Source: Phoronis australis
Taxonomy: Eukaryota > Animalia > Phoronida
Reading direction: 5' to 3'
Assembly (NCBI GenBank): GCA_002633005.1
Contig: NMRA01000271.1
Coordinates: forward strand, 451,588 to 515,587
Length of the DNA: 64,000 nucleotides
Position 1 is the stretch's first letter. Every line of letters begins with the position of its first letter. Below are positions 34,952 through 49,791 of this stretch, piece by piece. The notes below the pieces were generated by a model that was not told the DNA's origin, did not search any database, and saw nothing but the letters and a program-made list of their open reading frames with translations. The position numbers and the translations under genes are program-made.

Positions 34952-37900
34952 AATGATGTTTCGTGGTGGGCACTTACGCCCAGTTGTCACCTATTTCATG
35001 GTGTTGATCCACCTGCTATCGTTACCTCCACTGCACTCACAATTTTAAGTCTTTGGTAGCTTTTAAAATAATCTCTTGACTGGGGGGTGGGGTGTCTTAA
35101 CAATTTAGTGTTTTTGTCAGCAATTGACCTTTTGCAAGCTCTGTCCCCTTGCGAAAAGTCACGTGACACTTGACTAACAAGCACTAAGTTTTACCCTACC
35201 ACGCATGAGTAAAATGGCTGCTTTGAAATGAAGGTGTGTCAAGAATACTGTGTTCTGATTGGTCAGTTAAGCCATCACTCAAAATTCTGACAATAGGTCA
35301 ATTTGCTCGCAGCTGTTATTTTGGAGGCAGTTGAGAAGCAAGGTCCATTTAGGAATGTTTTAAGTATTTAACTTCTTGAATTTTTTTACCGTAGTATGGC
35401 AGAACATCAACCCTTTTGCATGACATTTGCGATCTACTTCCATCATAGTTGAAGCTATTGTAGGTAGTGGTAGTTACGTGGAGATAATCCTTGGCTATGC
35501 TACTGAGCGCCGGCAACATTGTATTTTAAAATTTTATTTTTACATTTTAGATGGCTTTTCAGTATAGACTGTTTTATGTGTGGTGTTCTTGCGTAACATG
35601 ATCCATAGCCAGTGGAAATGCTATGTGTTGTTTCATCATTGACATGTGTTTTGTATTGGATGACTGTGATATACAAGTATTAACCATGTGTTTTAGGCAT
35701 TGTTTAAGGTTATGTGGGACCCTTGAAAATTTTCATATTTGGCCAACTTGGGAACATCAGATCTCATTCTTCAAAATACTATAATTCCACATTTGCAAGA
35801 GAGGTTTTAAAAAAGTAAGACTTTTTATTCTCTTGAAAAAACATGAAAAGTTGTTTGAAATGAAAATAAAATGATAATTTAGCAACCTATATCTAAGTAT
35901 TTGATATTTTATCATAGCATTTATATCAAATCGTTTTGCTATCAATGCTTTATTCCTTTTTGACAAACTTTCTAAACAGACATGGTCACATGATCCAATT
36001 ATTGGTAACAAGCCACAAATCAAATTCTACTGGCATTCTATTTTAAGAAAATATTGGTATGTACTTTTACTTAGGTAAATTACATGATTTTTAGACATAT
36101 GGCCAAGTACACAGCCTTTTGTAGATGTATGTCCAAGTATACAGCCTTTTTGATAAAGGCCTGCATAACCTTAAGCCACTTTGCCCTATTCAATGAATAC
36201 TCAAATGGCATAATAAAATTAGGACATCTTAGGCGAAAGTGGGGTTAACTTTATACTTAAGGCAATGTTAACAGTTGGGATAGGAATGCTTATATTGCAA
36301 AAACAGAATGTGTGTCAACATATGTAACATATAATTCTCATCTGTAAAAGGTGTATTGTGCTTTAGAATATGACAAAGTAGCAATCATACCACATTGTTT
36401 TTAGATACCCAAATTAAGAAATCCCTAAGTGACATAATTCCAACTTCCTGAAGACCAATTGCGTTTAAATGTGACAGGGCATTGTTGTGTGTTTGAAAAT
36501 ACGTTCAGCATGGATTGAAATCCACAACTTCAACAGTTGTAGTCGAATGCTCGTCTGGCAAGAGCTAAAATCCTATGTTATTAGTGGATGAGTATCTTTA
36601 TAGTTACTGCTTTTATTTTCATCACTTTTACCGGGATTTGGTTAGTTTTGATAAAATGTGAAAAACACTAAGAATTTCATTGTTTTATAGCATCCGTCTT
36701 CAGGAACTCTATCAGGCTACCCATTAATAAATCCTACAGTTTCGGTTTTGACCACAAACCTGTCTTTGTTGTCATAACTTGCAGCCACTTATATAGTCAA
36801 TGAATTCTTGGCATTGCAAAATAGCATGTTGGTAAGTGTGGCATGTAAAAACCAGGAACTTAATAGTTGTTTTCAGTAAATACTCCCATTGAGAATTTTG
36901 TTGCCAACGGTGAATTCCAAAATCCAAAAGAGTCCAAGACGACATTGCAATAGATTGTCTTTGAATACTGGTATGCAAAGCTGGTTTGTTAGCAATTTTG
37001 GCTCCGGTGGGGGGGGGTGCAACTGTGATTTAAGTGGATGAATATAAACACTGGACAATGACTAAACATTTAAAGCATATGTAACTTGGCTTTCCATTAC
37101 AAAAATCAACTTTTGATTTAGACCATGAAATACATGACAAATCACTCCTTGGTCAAATTAGACGGGAATTCAGGGCTGCAAGAGAACTAATAGTTTGGAT
37201 GGAACTTGGGCTTGTTGGCATGGCAAATGTGATATTGGACTAAATTTATCAAGATTGCTTTAAACGGCTAGGAGTATTGAAATCAAATTTGAATTTACAG
37301 TAAAACCTAAATGGCTGGACTCACAAATTTTATCTTAGTATGATGAAATCTGACGTACCTAAAGTTAAGACTCAAGAACACAAACTAGAACAGTTGTATC
37401 AATGAACGTAGTATAATTTGAGCGAAATCCGACTTAAGCGATTTTTATTGTGGTTAATTATTGATATGCTTTGAATCTCAAGTCTCCCAGGAAGTGAATG
37501 TGTGGTAGACTGTCTGAAGTGTGTGTGTTAATATTGAGGTATTGGTAGTTTTTTGAATTCCATGGAAAACACAGAAGCGTCCGTACCAATCGCAATCGTT
37601 TTTGTCGATTCCAAATCTATAACTTTCGTTAGGTAGTTTGTATGTCTTGTTCGCATTGCCAGTGTCTTGTTAGCTTGTTAATGAACAATTCTGTGATAGC
37701 AGTCAAGTCCAGAAAGTGGCAGAAATCTGAAGAAATAGAAGCACCGAACAAAAATCTATCTTGCCATGCATGTTGCATGTTTAATTCTTTTATCTCTCAA
37801 TGATGAAGAGTTCTATATTGTATGTTAATACTCAGGTTTTAGAATGGGCCAGTAAGTACAGTGAAAAGCTTTACTTGCACCGTGTTAAATGCTTGTTTTG

Positions 37901-40900
37901 CATTTTTGCTATGACTTACGTTATGGGCAATAGTGTCTAGTCAGAATTTATAAATATACCCTGATATTGTGACGAAGTGCTTGTTTGAGCTTTGTTTAGT
38001 ACCAAAAAGTAGATGAACATGTGCCTTCCGTCAGTTGAAATCAACTTTTCATTAGGGACAGTGTTACGGCAATAGTTTCGTAAAGGTGTCCGCATTTTGA
38101 GAACCCCTGATTTTTCCACGGAATAACTGGCGTCAAACTGTTTATTAAAATCTGGGACTCCTGTAAGTGACTTTTGCCCCTACATGACGGCGACATCCCG
38201 TTGCTCCCAACTTGTTCGATTCTATAGCCCAACAACAAGTTGGGAAGTTTACCCCCGTAGCTAATATCTTACACGACTGATTAACTCCATTCTGTCATTT
38301 ATGTTTGGAGGGCCTGTGCACTTTTGTTCGATAATTGCTCTAATCTCCGGCCGGTCGTATCTAGCCTGACTGGGCTGGGCTGATAAAAATGGAAGTTAAG
38401 TTATAACATATTAGATCTTTAACCCAATAGCATTTCTGAATTCCTCGTCAAATGCTGATCATGTTCCGTTTTTGAATCACCAAAATCGTCCAACTACAAC
38501 AGAAGTTAAGACAATCTATTCTGTCAAACGGGTTACCAACGCACTGGGTTTGACTGTGTTCAGTTCATACGCGTTTGGTAATAGCGTGCAACCACCATAC
38601 GTTTCCATTGAAGCCTGCGAGATAATTGGCCTGCTTGTTATCATACGGTACAAAAGACTGAGCTGGGCAGTTAACAAAAGAGAGAATTTTTATGGCACGT
38701 TCAGCATCCCTCACGTCTGGAAAAGTTACTGAACAACAGAACGCTGTAATGTATAAATACCGGGACGTGCGTGTTTAACCAACGGATACAACAGTAAGAC
38801 CAAAATTTACTTCAGTGGTTTTAACCCTGAAAGCAAATCTAATCCACTTATTGATCAGCGAGAAACATTCTAGTAAACAAACGGCGGGCGCACACTGGGA
38901 GACCGAAGTCACAACTCAAGTCAACCCAGTTCTATGACCGGGCTGTTGCTGGTAACACAGCACGAGATTGGAAACAACACACTATCCGGAATTGAACAAT
39001 TCTTCGATGAGCTCTTGTAATCATATTATATTAAAGATATGTGTTTCTGTAACCTGCTTGCTACAAAGAGCTGAGATTCGCTATAAAAGTTTTTAAGTTA
39101 AGCCTGTTGTCTTGACTACCGAGCGGAAATTTAGACTCCCAACATTATGTTTTCGTTTCGTGCTAGACCATCCCAGACTCGAGCAAAAGCCCAATTCATC
39201 TTCATGCGTGCGTGTGTTCCAGTAGTAAATGTAGTCTCAACACGTTTTGTTCTATGTTTTTCAGTACAGTTGGTTTTTGATAGACTATTTCGGATGAGTA
39301 TTTTGCATTTTGTTGCTTGGTACTCATTGCTGGAAATTTGACAACATTTTTTCATGTGGTTAGAACATACACTTTTGCCGTAATCCTAACCATGTAATCT
39401 CTTTTTTCGTTGGGTGTGACGATTGGTAGCTGAGTTGACGTCCTCGAAACAAGGGCAAATTTTAATTATTTGCACACGTGTTGTCACGGTTGCTGTCACT
39501 CACGAAGCAGCTAAGGCAGTTTTGGTTAGTGTTTTCAGGAAATAAAGTTTGTTATCATACTTATTTTCAATTCTGTTTTATTAATATTGCCATAGAAATT
39601 AATCTGTTTTTTTGAAACAAAATACATCATTTTTTGCAATAATTTAGACCTTTATATTAAGTTTCATTTTTGTAGTATACTGTGGAAAATTTCAAAGTTG
39701 TTACAACTATTACTAATGATATTCCGGAAATTTCCGTAAAATGTGTGAGAGTTCTGACACATTTGATTTATTCCCCTCACCAATGAGCTCATTGCCCTGA
39801 CCTAGCCCTAAACTAAGCCTCAAATGGCTCTCGCTGGTTCCCTGCCTGCATGTCCGCTAGCAGAAAAGGGAACACGCAGGTACACCATTCGGAAGCACGG
39901 TTTTACTGGTTGATGTAACCTCCACAGTCATTGGTTAACTTAACAACAAAGACAGAAAATGGCGGACCGTGAACGATTTTTTGTCTTGTCAACATCTTTG
40001 CAAACCAAGTTTTCTTTCTACAGCCATTAGTGTCAGTAAGGTCAGAATTTGAAAACCGTGAAAAGTTATCAGCTACAGGGAGCTTGATATCGGTTGCCGA
40101 AAAGGACACTCTGCCAACAGGCTAGTCAGCGACGGCAGAAAATGCACACCAGAAACGCACAGCTTCATTCTTCCGGTTCACATTTTTTGAACGTATCCCG
40201 AGGAAGCAACGATTTGTTTGTACCCCAGACTACTAGAACTATATTCACATTTACACTTCTTCCATCAGTCATGCCGGTTTGTTGGTTAAAGCACTACCGG
40301 TACCTTTGTAACATTTTTTCTCGAGGAAAATTAATTGATACCTACGGGTTCCCTTCCCCCTAGCGAACACGCTCGGAACCTTCCAGCAAATAGCAAACCC
40401 AACGAGCTAATTATCTCATCGGCTAAACCGATCAGCGCTATCTTGATGTTTGGAGACGAGGCTGTAAAAGCGGCTAGTTTTACACTTTGGGACGTGGTGT
40501 GAGTCTGTCCGACTGGATTAAACGACGCCGGGAAAAAAATGGATTTGAGCTTTATCTCAAACATGCAATACTCAAAGTTTAAATTTATTATATTCGTATT
40601 ACATGAATCGCTCCTACCTCATGACTAACATTGGCAATTTTCAGCGCATCATTTGTAGTAACACCCAAGGTTGTCTTGGGAGTTTCGAGTAGGTACTGCT
40701 CGATACGCCAGCACGTGTATCGGCCGCAGAAGGTTCGCTAAATGATTCATGTTGCACCCTTATTGGCCAGTGCAGGCATATGGGCCGGGACAGCCAACGT
40801 CGGCAGTCACAACAGCCGTCTTTCGATGCCGACTAGGGCACGTACGCCGCAGGACAGCGCAGCAGTACAGGTCGAATCAGTGAGATACATTTATCTCATT

Positions 40901-42519
40901 GGGTCAAATGCTGTCTTCCTGCCGGGTCAAATATTGTTTGATACTTGACACTGGCAGATTTTCTTTTCAATGAGTCAAATCCGCGGACGACGCCGGGAAA
41001 AACGAGTTAGTGATCTATATTTAAATCAAAATACGTCACATGACATACCTCGTCCGGTCCGCTCACCAAATGTGGGGGCGTAAATTGCCGTAAAAAGACT
41101 GGGACGCGGTTTGCGTACTTGCTTTCTACGTTGACCAACTGATTGTCACACGTGGATTTATCAGCTGGTGAGTTGACATTTGAAAAGTTTAAAAAGAATT
41201 GCTCGAGTGACAAGTTTTGATTGGAATTCTTGTCGTAGGATTGTGCAGCAAGTTCGTTGAGACACAGTTTCGGATTCAACATAATTGACATGTATTACTT
41301 GGTTTCATTTTGCCTATTAGTCTGAAGAAGTGGTCCCATTTTAAAGCATCAGAATTTCTTCAGTTTTTTACTTAGAATCCTATTTCAGCATCCACTCTTT
41401 CACAAGAGGGGTAGAAACTGTTCTGTGGTGCCATCATGATGTTTGCCATATCTCCACTCCTTTTTTGACTATAGCAACACTGCTATTTCGACTCCTTTTT
41501 ATTGTGGTACTTTTGGAAAAGCTTACTCACATGTAATGAAAAATAATTTCCTAAGCTTTGGATTTGCAAGCGACAGGAGACAACTCATTTGGCTCAATTC
41601 CTGTGTGTTCTCTGCCCCCTACGCATACGCAGAAAACCAGCGAGTTCAAGTGCGTGACTGAATTTACACGTGGGTACCACTCCTAAGCTGCACATCAAAT
41701 GAGAACAGCGACAGTCCTGAATGATAGAGCACACCGGCTTCAGTGGTTATGTTAAGTACACGGGTGCCAATCGTTTTATTTCACAATGAACTCAATGGGT
41801 TCCCGGCCGTTATAAAAGACCCGATGTTTTACGATTCCCCGGGACCGATGTAGCCCAGAACTTATATTCCTGTTCCGATTTTTCCCGGGTCAGTGTTCCG
41901 TAGGCGCGTTTTCCTATGCCTGTAACCAGCTATTGCAACTAAACGCCGGGGTAGGAGCGCAATTGTGGTTAGCGAACTTGTTATTCTTTCTTCATCACTG
42001 TACACCCTCACCCCGTCGGCTCCCGCGCCGCCTGTCGCTCCCCGGATCACGCAGTAAATTTTTCAGACTCTAACAGAAAGAATCTTGTTCCATCCTAAAA
42101 ACAAAATTATTCCGGATGACGAAAAAGGGTGTTGGTGGTAGCGATAGCCAGAAAGTCGATCATCCCTAGTGGAGTGACAAGAACATCTTAAAGAAGCAAT
42201 TGAATTGGATTAAATAGAGGGATTTACGGTTTACGGACAAACTGTAGATGTCAGCTGACCCAGGAAGCCGAAGAGTCCGTGACCCGTGTTTGGCGGTCCG
42301 TTAACGGTGTTTCTTCTGGAATGTGAGTCCGTGTCCTGTGTATTTGGGTGAATGGATCGTGTTTTGCGAGTCCGTTCCTGTGTTTGTGAGTGAACGGTGT
42401 GTGCAGGTACGTGAGTCGTGTTCATGCGTCCGTGACCGTGTTTATGAGTCCGTTTACCGTGTACTTTAGGTACCTTGCTAACTCACTATTCCCATTGACA
42501 GGTATGATCATCGTCTATC

Positions 42520-42663
42520 CTCATCACAGGTATGATCATCAGTACTTAACTCACTATCCCCACTACAGGTACATGTATGATCATCAGTACTTAACTCACT
42601 ATCCCCACTACAGGTATGATCATCAGTACTTAACTCACTATCCCCACTACAGGTATGATCATC
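42520..42663 (+). repeat. 39-bp minisatellite
   Basis: caggtatgatcatcagtacttaactcactatccccacta, about 3.5 copies. Confidence 0.9.
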
Positions 42664-43769
42664 CTCATTGTACCTTTCATTCTGCTTCGCCAAATATCAC
42701 TCTAATGGGTTTTCATTACTTTGTTTCTAAATTTACAATCAATGTTCTCCCCAGGTTGTTCTAACAGGGGGCTGCACCGTCTTTCAATTCCTTCTGTTGA
42801 CCTAGTGACCCTTGTTAAATTTACTGCTCCTCTTTTCCACCCTATTTAATTTGTTTACCTGCTCTCAGTCTTATTACCTTTGGTGTGTACATTTATTGTT
42901 TGGTACAGAAGAGCTATGACTTTGGTGTTTACAAAAGTTGAATTTAATGGCTGAAAGTCCTTTCAAATTCATCCTATCCTGACTAATAGAAACACTTTTC
43001 CATTTAATTTTTCTTGACCCGGGATTATGTATATTTTTTCACAAATTTTTGGTATAAGACGAACAAGTACATTTTAATGACATCGCACTCACGCTCGAAC
43101 GCACACACTCATGCATACACGACATGTACTTTACTGATATGTCCTAACCATGGTGTGAAGTAACAAATCTTCTTAACAAAATGTTTTGAGAGAGGTCCCT
43201 CCAGAATGAATGTTGTAGGGCCTCAATCGATCTGTTTGTACGAAATCTTTTTTCGTAGTTCAGCATAGTAATACAAGAAAGTTTTAAAGTTAGTAAATTT
43301 GGGAATAGTCTGATTCTTGCAGGAGATGAATACGGGAAACAGTGTGACATGGTCGTATTGCGCTCGAGTGATTCAACGCGTATGGGATAAAACGAGATTG
43401 AAGTGCCGCTGTGTAATCGGGGCCCTATTGTCTGTTGAACACTCCTGTATGTTTTTAAAACGTCGCCTTTATTGTTAACGTGAGCATGCATCAGAACCAT
43501 TTTAGGATGCCATTTCACATGTATAATGATCAAATAATGATGGAAGATTGTCTTCCTAGTAGAGACACCCATCATAAGAACTTGGCCGAGGTGATGAGAT
43601 GAGCCAGTGTCTTGTGTTTTAACAAGGAATATGTGTTTCGTTATACTAATTTAATTTTGAATCAGTTGGGAAAGGTCTTTTTAACCTTAAATACTGAAGT
43701 TTTAATCTTTCTGAATTGCTATATTAGTTACAACTAATGGTTGTATGCTAGAATTAGAGTGTACGTCCG

Positions 43770-45452
43770 TCACGTATGTACGTCACACTACCTCAGCTTG
43801 CATGAAATTGACAAAATGATTTTTAAAAATGTGTTGGACTTCAAAAACATTTCTGAAACATTTCGTATAAAACAAAAATTGTAATCGCTCATAGTTCACA
43901 AGAAATAAAACTGACTGTTTTTTTTTTAATCAAAAGTCAAATTCTGTGGGTCCGTTTGTCACAGCACTTTAAAGGTCATTTTCAAGGTCAAGTAAAGAGA
44001 TAAGAAAAAAGTTGATGCAGCCCTTATGAAATATACTGTCTAATAAGACCTAACAACTGATCAAAATATCGTCTGACAATACGTCTGTACGTTACAAATG
44101 GAATTGCCCATATCATCAGTTTTCAAATTATTGGGGTTTGCAGTTTTGTCTGTTACGTAGCCTACTAGTAACTGCAAATCGTGTTCACTCCCTGTAGGTA
44201 CAGCATAGAAGTTACTGCAAATTTACATTCACACCCTTTCTACCAAATAAAAATTTACAGAGTTACGTAACTGAAAAATCACGTTTACCTTGTGGATACC
44301 GAACATAATCTTTTCCTCTATGGAACTTGATCAAACTAGGGAATTAAAAAGTGAGGGTTTGGAGATTGCGTTTGAATTTTGAGAGTAGATTTCGTGCCCA
44401 ATAGTCTTTATTCAATGTCATGCTTTTAGGTAGACTATTTGAACTGAAGTGTCTTGGAGAAGTCTGCTGTCATGGCCAGGAAGTTTGAATCTAGTATGAC
44501 CCACATTGACGTGACATTGGAGAGTAGCGAAGATGAGGAAAAACTGAGTATGAGGACCCCAGGGCCATCGGGGACATTCGCTACGAAATGTTCAGCAGGG
44601 TGGCAAAGAAACGGAAGGCCTGCTCTAGCGTTGCTGATGGTGAAAAAAAGGATGGAGAGGAACACATCGAGATGTATAGTTGTAGAGCAAGAACACAGTC
44701 TGGTAATGTCTCTGTAAATCAGGGCTCGAGATTGCTAATCTTCAACCGGGAAAATTGACCAATCGCATGATATGTTTTGGTTTGAGAAATTTTGTTTTGT
44801 GCTTGTAATTGGTCCGAGTCTAAACTTGAAAATTGTCGTGTGGCATACTGCAATTTGAGTCAACTTTCAAGTGAATTTTGGAGTTTAGTCTCAAGTAGTT
44901 TGGTGAACTGACAATCGGTCTAAAGTAAAGACAACAGTCACTGTCAGACAAATAAAACCCAGAATTTCAACAACTGGTAAAAATGAATTACTATAATAGG
45001 GAAAAAATAATTAAGAGGCTATGCCCTATGGTTGTAAAACAAACAACAATACTTGCATGGTCATTAATGTGTCCATTGTATATAAAATAGTTCGGACATG
45101 TCTAATACACCAAATTACCAGGTTCTGTTGATTTGTTACATTCTTGGAAACAAGTCATTATTACTTTCATCAACTATCAGTTCATTATAACTGTAGAGAG
45201 CAAGTTCCACACCCTATTGAACGAAAAGGATGTAAGAGGCTGTTATGCTTGAGATAGGCTTGTTATTTGGCAGAGGGTCCAGGTTATTACTGGGCACTGC
45301 AATCTAGCTCGGCATTGAAACCTCAGGTCACTTGACATGCTCAAGCTTCCCTAAGTGCGGTTTCGCAACATTCTACTTGATGGACACTTTAACTGCCAGG
45401 AGGAAATAGCGAGATTATTCGCGTTTAACGGTTTTCTAAGTTCCTGCGGAAA
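43770..45452 (+). repeat. Diverged direct duplicate of 3140-4790 (upstream region, first exon and start of intron 1)
   Basis: Colinear similarity read by eye, e.g. caggttattactgg, caggtcac.tgacatgct.aagcttccctaagtg and ggttgtaaaacaaacaa. Confidence 0.9.
44472..44702 (+). pseudogene. Paralogous copy of the first exon of the filamin-TRPC gene with a 1-bp frameshift
   Basis: MARKFESSMTHIDVTLESSEDEE is nearly identical to 3753 onward. A 1-nt loss occurs in an A run near 44540 (gaggaaaaact versus gaggaagaaact). The donor TCTG|gtaatg is conserved. Confidence 0.6.
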
Positions 45453-46048
45453 CGGGCAGAAGCTAGAATGATGAATCCTGTGCTGGAGTGTCCTCACGAG
45501 TCATAATCAGATCATTGGTGCAATGGGCCTTATGGCCCATGTACACCTGGTGCGCTGCAAAAGGCCACTTTTATTGTTCATACTTGTATTAGGGTACATA
45601 ATACCAGATGTCAGAACAGCCAATAGTTCAGTCTTTCAGGGTAAAGTTGCATTGCCGTGAAACAGGATTTGAAACCATTAGGTATTTTGATGTCAAATAT
45701 ATTGCTTGGTAAGTACCGTACTGTTACAGTTGCATTTTTGAAAGGCGTGATTGCAGGCATTTTGTTTTTTATCTTTTGTACATTTATTATCAATTAGTAA
45801 TATTGCATTGAAAATTACATACACGCTTGCACTCACTCAATGGTCGCTTAATTTTCAATAATGTGAGCAAATTTCAAAAACATATTTCTAAATCTCCCAA
45901 ACTTTCTATTTAAAAAAAAAATTGCTCTGTGAGATAATACGGTCTTAAAATGTTCATAAAAGCATAAATAGATGGTGAAGTGCCCCCCCCCCAATATTTC
46001 ACAGTACATTTGATATTTCGCTAGAGTCAAACTTAACTTTGTAGATAA

Positions 46049-46540
46049 TTATGTATTTATAATTTCAAAAAGAACATCATTCATTATTGTTTCATCGCTA
46101 TCACTGAATTTAAACTCGAAGATATCTTCCCAAAAGGTTTTTGTGTTGTTATAATAAAGAAACAAGTGCATCAAAGTGTCTGGGGCTTGATTACAAAATG
46201 TACAAGCAGAAGACTCCGAGACACCTATTTTGTAAAGATACAAATTTTTACATAATATTCTGTCAACTAGTCGATACTCAATTTTACATCTAGAGAAAAA
46301 TCAAAAACATTCAAATGCACTGTTTTCCAACGCATAATTAATTCATTACTCATTTCAGAAATCCATTTACACAGTGAGATCGGTTTTATCTTCATATTAT
46401 GGCATATAACGAACATTGATCTAAACTCTTTCTTATTTTTTGTTATTTGATTTGACAGTTCCAGACTATGCGGCAGACGAAATGATTTAATGAACTACAT
46501 AATAAGTCTTTCATAAGGTGTTATTAAGTGCTAAATCCTG
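46049..46540 (-). mobile_element. L1/Tx1-type LINE 3' fragment
   Basis: LYKIGVSESSACTFCNQAPDTLMHLF....TKTFW is a zf-RVT-like motif. Confidence 0.75.
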
Positions 46541-46575
46541 GTTCACTGATTACTTTAGGGAATCGGAAAAGTGAA

Positions 46576-47985
46576 AGGAGAATGCCGCTCAAAAACAACC
46601 TATTTTGTATCAGTTTAGATGAGTAGTGCCACTCCATAAAGAAAGTACAGCTCTTTTACTTGACACCTGACGGCAGATGGAGGTGTTGAAATTAACCAAT
46701 GACGTCAGAGGTTCGAATGCAGTCTGTTCAGCAGTTCACAACACGCTTACTGAATTCACCGTTTTACACCACTAAATCATAAAAATTCGATGTAAAACCC
46801 TTACAAATACACTAAGTTATTAAACAAACGTGTTATTTTATATCGCTGTTTTGGATTTTTTGGTATTTGAACGTACCGTAGCCAACAAAGCTCGGTAGGC
46901 TAATTTACCGCAAGGTCAGTCGCGGGAGTATGGGGTCTGTTTAGTGAAAAATTCAAATTATTCGTCCGTGAAATACAGACAGGAGAACATAGCTCCATGT
47001 TGTAATTTAGTTGTAAACTAAACTTCCAGTCACGAAAAGACTATACTAGTGAGACAAAGAAAAATTGCACGCTGATCTGTTTGGTGAATTAGCCGCGAAA
47101 CTGCAAATCTACTTACTAGCTCGTCGGGGGCCGCGAAGTCAGGTTACCTTCCACAGAACCGCCAGGGCCATTGTTGTACAGTAACAATGATTCGAATAAT
47201 GCATATGAATATCTAAATAAAGATTCCCCTAACATCAAACTGAAACCTGAAGAATGAGTCAGTCATCAAACACGTTATATAAAACGTTATGCTCTCACGC
47301 CTTGAATTAATTGTAATTGTTTATGTTTTCATGGTCAACTTCTCCATCATCAAAAACTGATCAACTACCAATCCGACGAAATGCAGGACACTGACGAGAC
47401 ACAGAGAAGTTTCACGGCCTCTCGCACCCAGCCTTTAATACGGGACGGGGGCTCGAATTCCTGACCAAGTGGACATTTTGCAAAGAAAAAAAGCGGGAGG
47501 ACTAATAAAAAAGTAAAAAACGGGGTACCACCATCAGAACTGTGAACTCTGCGTTTGCTCCATTTTAGGGGATTTTTTGTTTCTCTGAGGCGAACCTTTT
47601 TACCTACTTCGCCAAATGTGGGGGCTCCTTGGAGCCACCCGAGCCTCCATGGGTGCGCGCATGTATTAACAGCGTACTTTTCATTCTTCACTACCGCGAG
47701 CCAGTTCAGAAACTTTATGTGCTCACGAAGAAATCGAGAAAACGTTATAACCGCTTTCCTTGCAGCTTCATAGTTCCCATGCGCGGGAACAATACACCAC
47801 ACCAAAGCGGCACTCACTCTGCGGAAGAACCACTGACATCGCTGCGTCGTTTCTCACTTTCTCACCTTCCTCACAGGTTAACGCGTCACCTCTCGGCGAG
47901 GTAGGATCGACCGTATACAAAGTGATGTGGATATAGACCGATTAAGACGATAAAAAAGACTAATTAAATTGGGTGGCATTCTCCT
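46576..47985. mobile_element. Kolobok-like MITE
   Basis: Terminal inverted repeats AGGAGAATGCCgCtCAA / TTGGGTGGCATTCTCCT, flanked by TGAA and TTAA (TTAA target, AG termini). Confidence 0.65.
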
Positions 47986-48054
47986 TTAAATCTATTCACT
48001 TTCACAAAACTTTATGTTCCTACCAGTGGAACTATAACACTAAGATTAAATAGA

Positions 48055-49450
48055 AAACTTATGTGGGTGCATATTGCCGTCACCTCTGTCTGGGCGTCCG
48101 GGAGTCCGGCATCCGCAAATGTTTCTCCTAAACTTCTCACAGGATCTTGTTGAGATGTGGTAGATGTGTTTCTATGAAGCTGACAACGAATGACTGCAAA
48201 TTTCGGGTCTCTCCCACTACTGGTGTGCCCCCTAGTGGCAATCTTAGTTTTTACTTTACCTCTGTAATCTTCAAAGGTCAATCTCAAAGAATTTTCATCT
48301 ATAAGTGAAATGACGCTATCCTCCGGTTTTCGGTTTGATTTTAAGTATTTTGCGCCACCTAGTGGCCATTTTGTCTGTTTTCGAGTGTGTTTTTGGCGCC
48401 TACCCCTCTGTCAACCAAACCACTCCAAGGATGATTGTGGAAATTCGCATGTATGTTCGTCATTGAACAGGAGGGTCGACGATGAATTTCCAACAACCAC
48501 GACTTCCTTGGCGCCTCCTAGTGGAAGTTTTTTTTTTAAGTCCATGGCTGTATCTCTTAAACCCTCTGCAGGTTTTTTAAATTAAATTTAGCAAGTATGT
48601 TCATATGAAGTTTACAGCGAACAACGACGACTTTCAGACAGATCTGACAAACACTGCGCCTCCTAGTGGCAATTTTATTTTTCCCTCTGTTTCTCTGAAG
48701 CTGTTTGACGGATTTTCCTGAAATTTGATAAAGAGCTTCCTATTGAAATTATAACAAGTTCCTCGGATGGATTGGTCATATTTTGTGCCATCTAGTGGCC
48801 ATTTTTACTGTTTTCTAGGGCATCCACCCTCTGTTAACCGAAGCACTCCAAGGATGATTGAAAAAATTTGCCCTTAGTGTGAAGAGGACAGGACGGTTGA
48901 TGATGGTTTTCCGACGACTTCATGTATTGTGTAGCCTCCTAGTGGCGGTTATGTTTTTTCGCTACCATAGCCTCAGGGTGGCAACTTTATTGTTTCCGTT
49001 TCCCTCGAATTCTCAGAAGTTCTTGACAGATTTTCAGAAAATTTGGTAACTAGCTTTGATGACATATATATATACGGCAACTTTCAATGCATTTACAAAA
49101 CGGTTCGAAATATCGCTTTTTAAATTATGTTACCTACTGATGTCGTTTGGATTTATATTACACTGTTGTAATGTAAAGACAAGATCTCTATTTAGAGAGT
49201 TGGAAAGAACTGATATTAAACAAGTAAAAACAGATCAAAGTCGTGTTTTCAATGAAATATGTATACGAGAAAGATTACTGCCAAATTATAGTATATGTAT
49301 ATGTATATGTATATGTATATATAAAACAAAACAGTTTTTGGATAGATTCGATGTATTTTGCGCCACCTATTGGCCATTTTATGATACAAATAAACGCCCG
49401 TTTACGGTGCTTTCGTGGGCTCATTCCAATATTCCGCATTGCTCTTGTTT
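48055..49450 (+). mobile_element. HINE with core repeats
   Basis: 5' atgtgggtgcatattgccgtc plus gtcc-type tract, about 150-bp repeats, 3' gtgggctcatt...gctcttgtttt. Confidence 0.75.
49065..49322 (+). mobile_element. Penelope-like element 5' fragment flanked by TA-type microsatellites, nested in the HINE
   Basis: RELERTDIK......VFNEICIRERLLPNY resembles the N-terminal F...C..e.llP.y motif of Penelope-like ORFs. It is bounded by (TA)n and (TATATG)n. Confidence 0.5.
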
Positions 49451-49791
49451 TGTCATTGGTCATTCCAAGCCCTGAAACAAACAAGTTAAAATAGTAGCTG
49501 TATTTCGACGGCACGTGTCTTATCGTCAGGCTTATGGTAAGGTGATGTGTACGTGGAGTACAAGTGAGTGAATACCAAGCTGTCTAACAGAAAGTGCAAT
49601 CATGTTTTCAAATAAGTTTACTGTTTGGAAATATTTCAGATTCCAGTGTTTTTGCTAAAGGTGACAGGGAATGTCTATTGGAATCACAAGGTAGGGCAAA
49701 GTCATAGAAGTTGGGTGTAGTCACGAAGTAGATCTTTTGAATTTACTTTATGTTGTGGAATCAGAAATGTTACGTGTGAGTTTTTGGCTCA

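Noticed and set aside
34952-36735. Extent of the TRPC 3' UTR and poly(A) site
   Set aside because: Several AATAAA-like hexamers occur in AT-rich sequence, so one cannot be chosen without transcript data.
37500-42200. CpG-richer intergenic stretches as a possible promoter or RNA gene
   Set aside because: Parts match repeat families seen elsewhere in the window (e.g. 40262-40350 versus 16417-16530). No tRNA, rRNA or snRNA signature was recognised.
42390-42764. ORFs with His/Tyr-rich (HYRYDHQYLT) or Asp/Ser-rich repeats
   Set aside because: They arise from a 39-bp minisatellite whose period is a multiple of three. There are no supported splice sites or homology.
47365-47904. ORFs of 150 and 91 aa
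   Set aside because: They lie inside a MITE with a nested GC-rich mini-element and show no protein motif.
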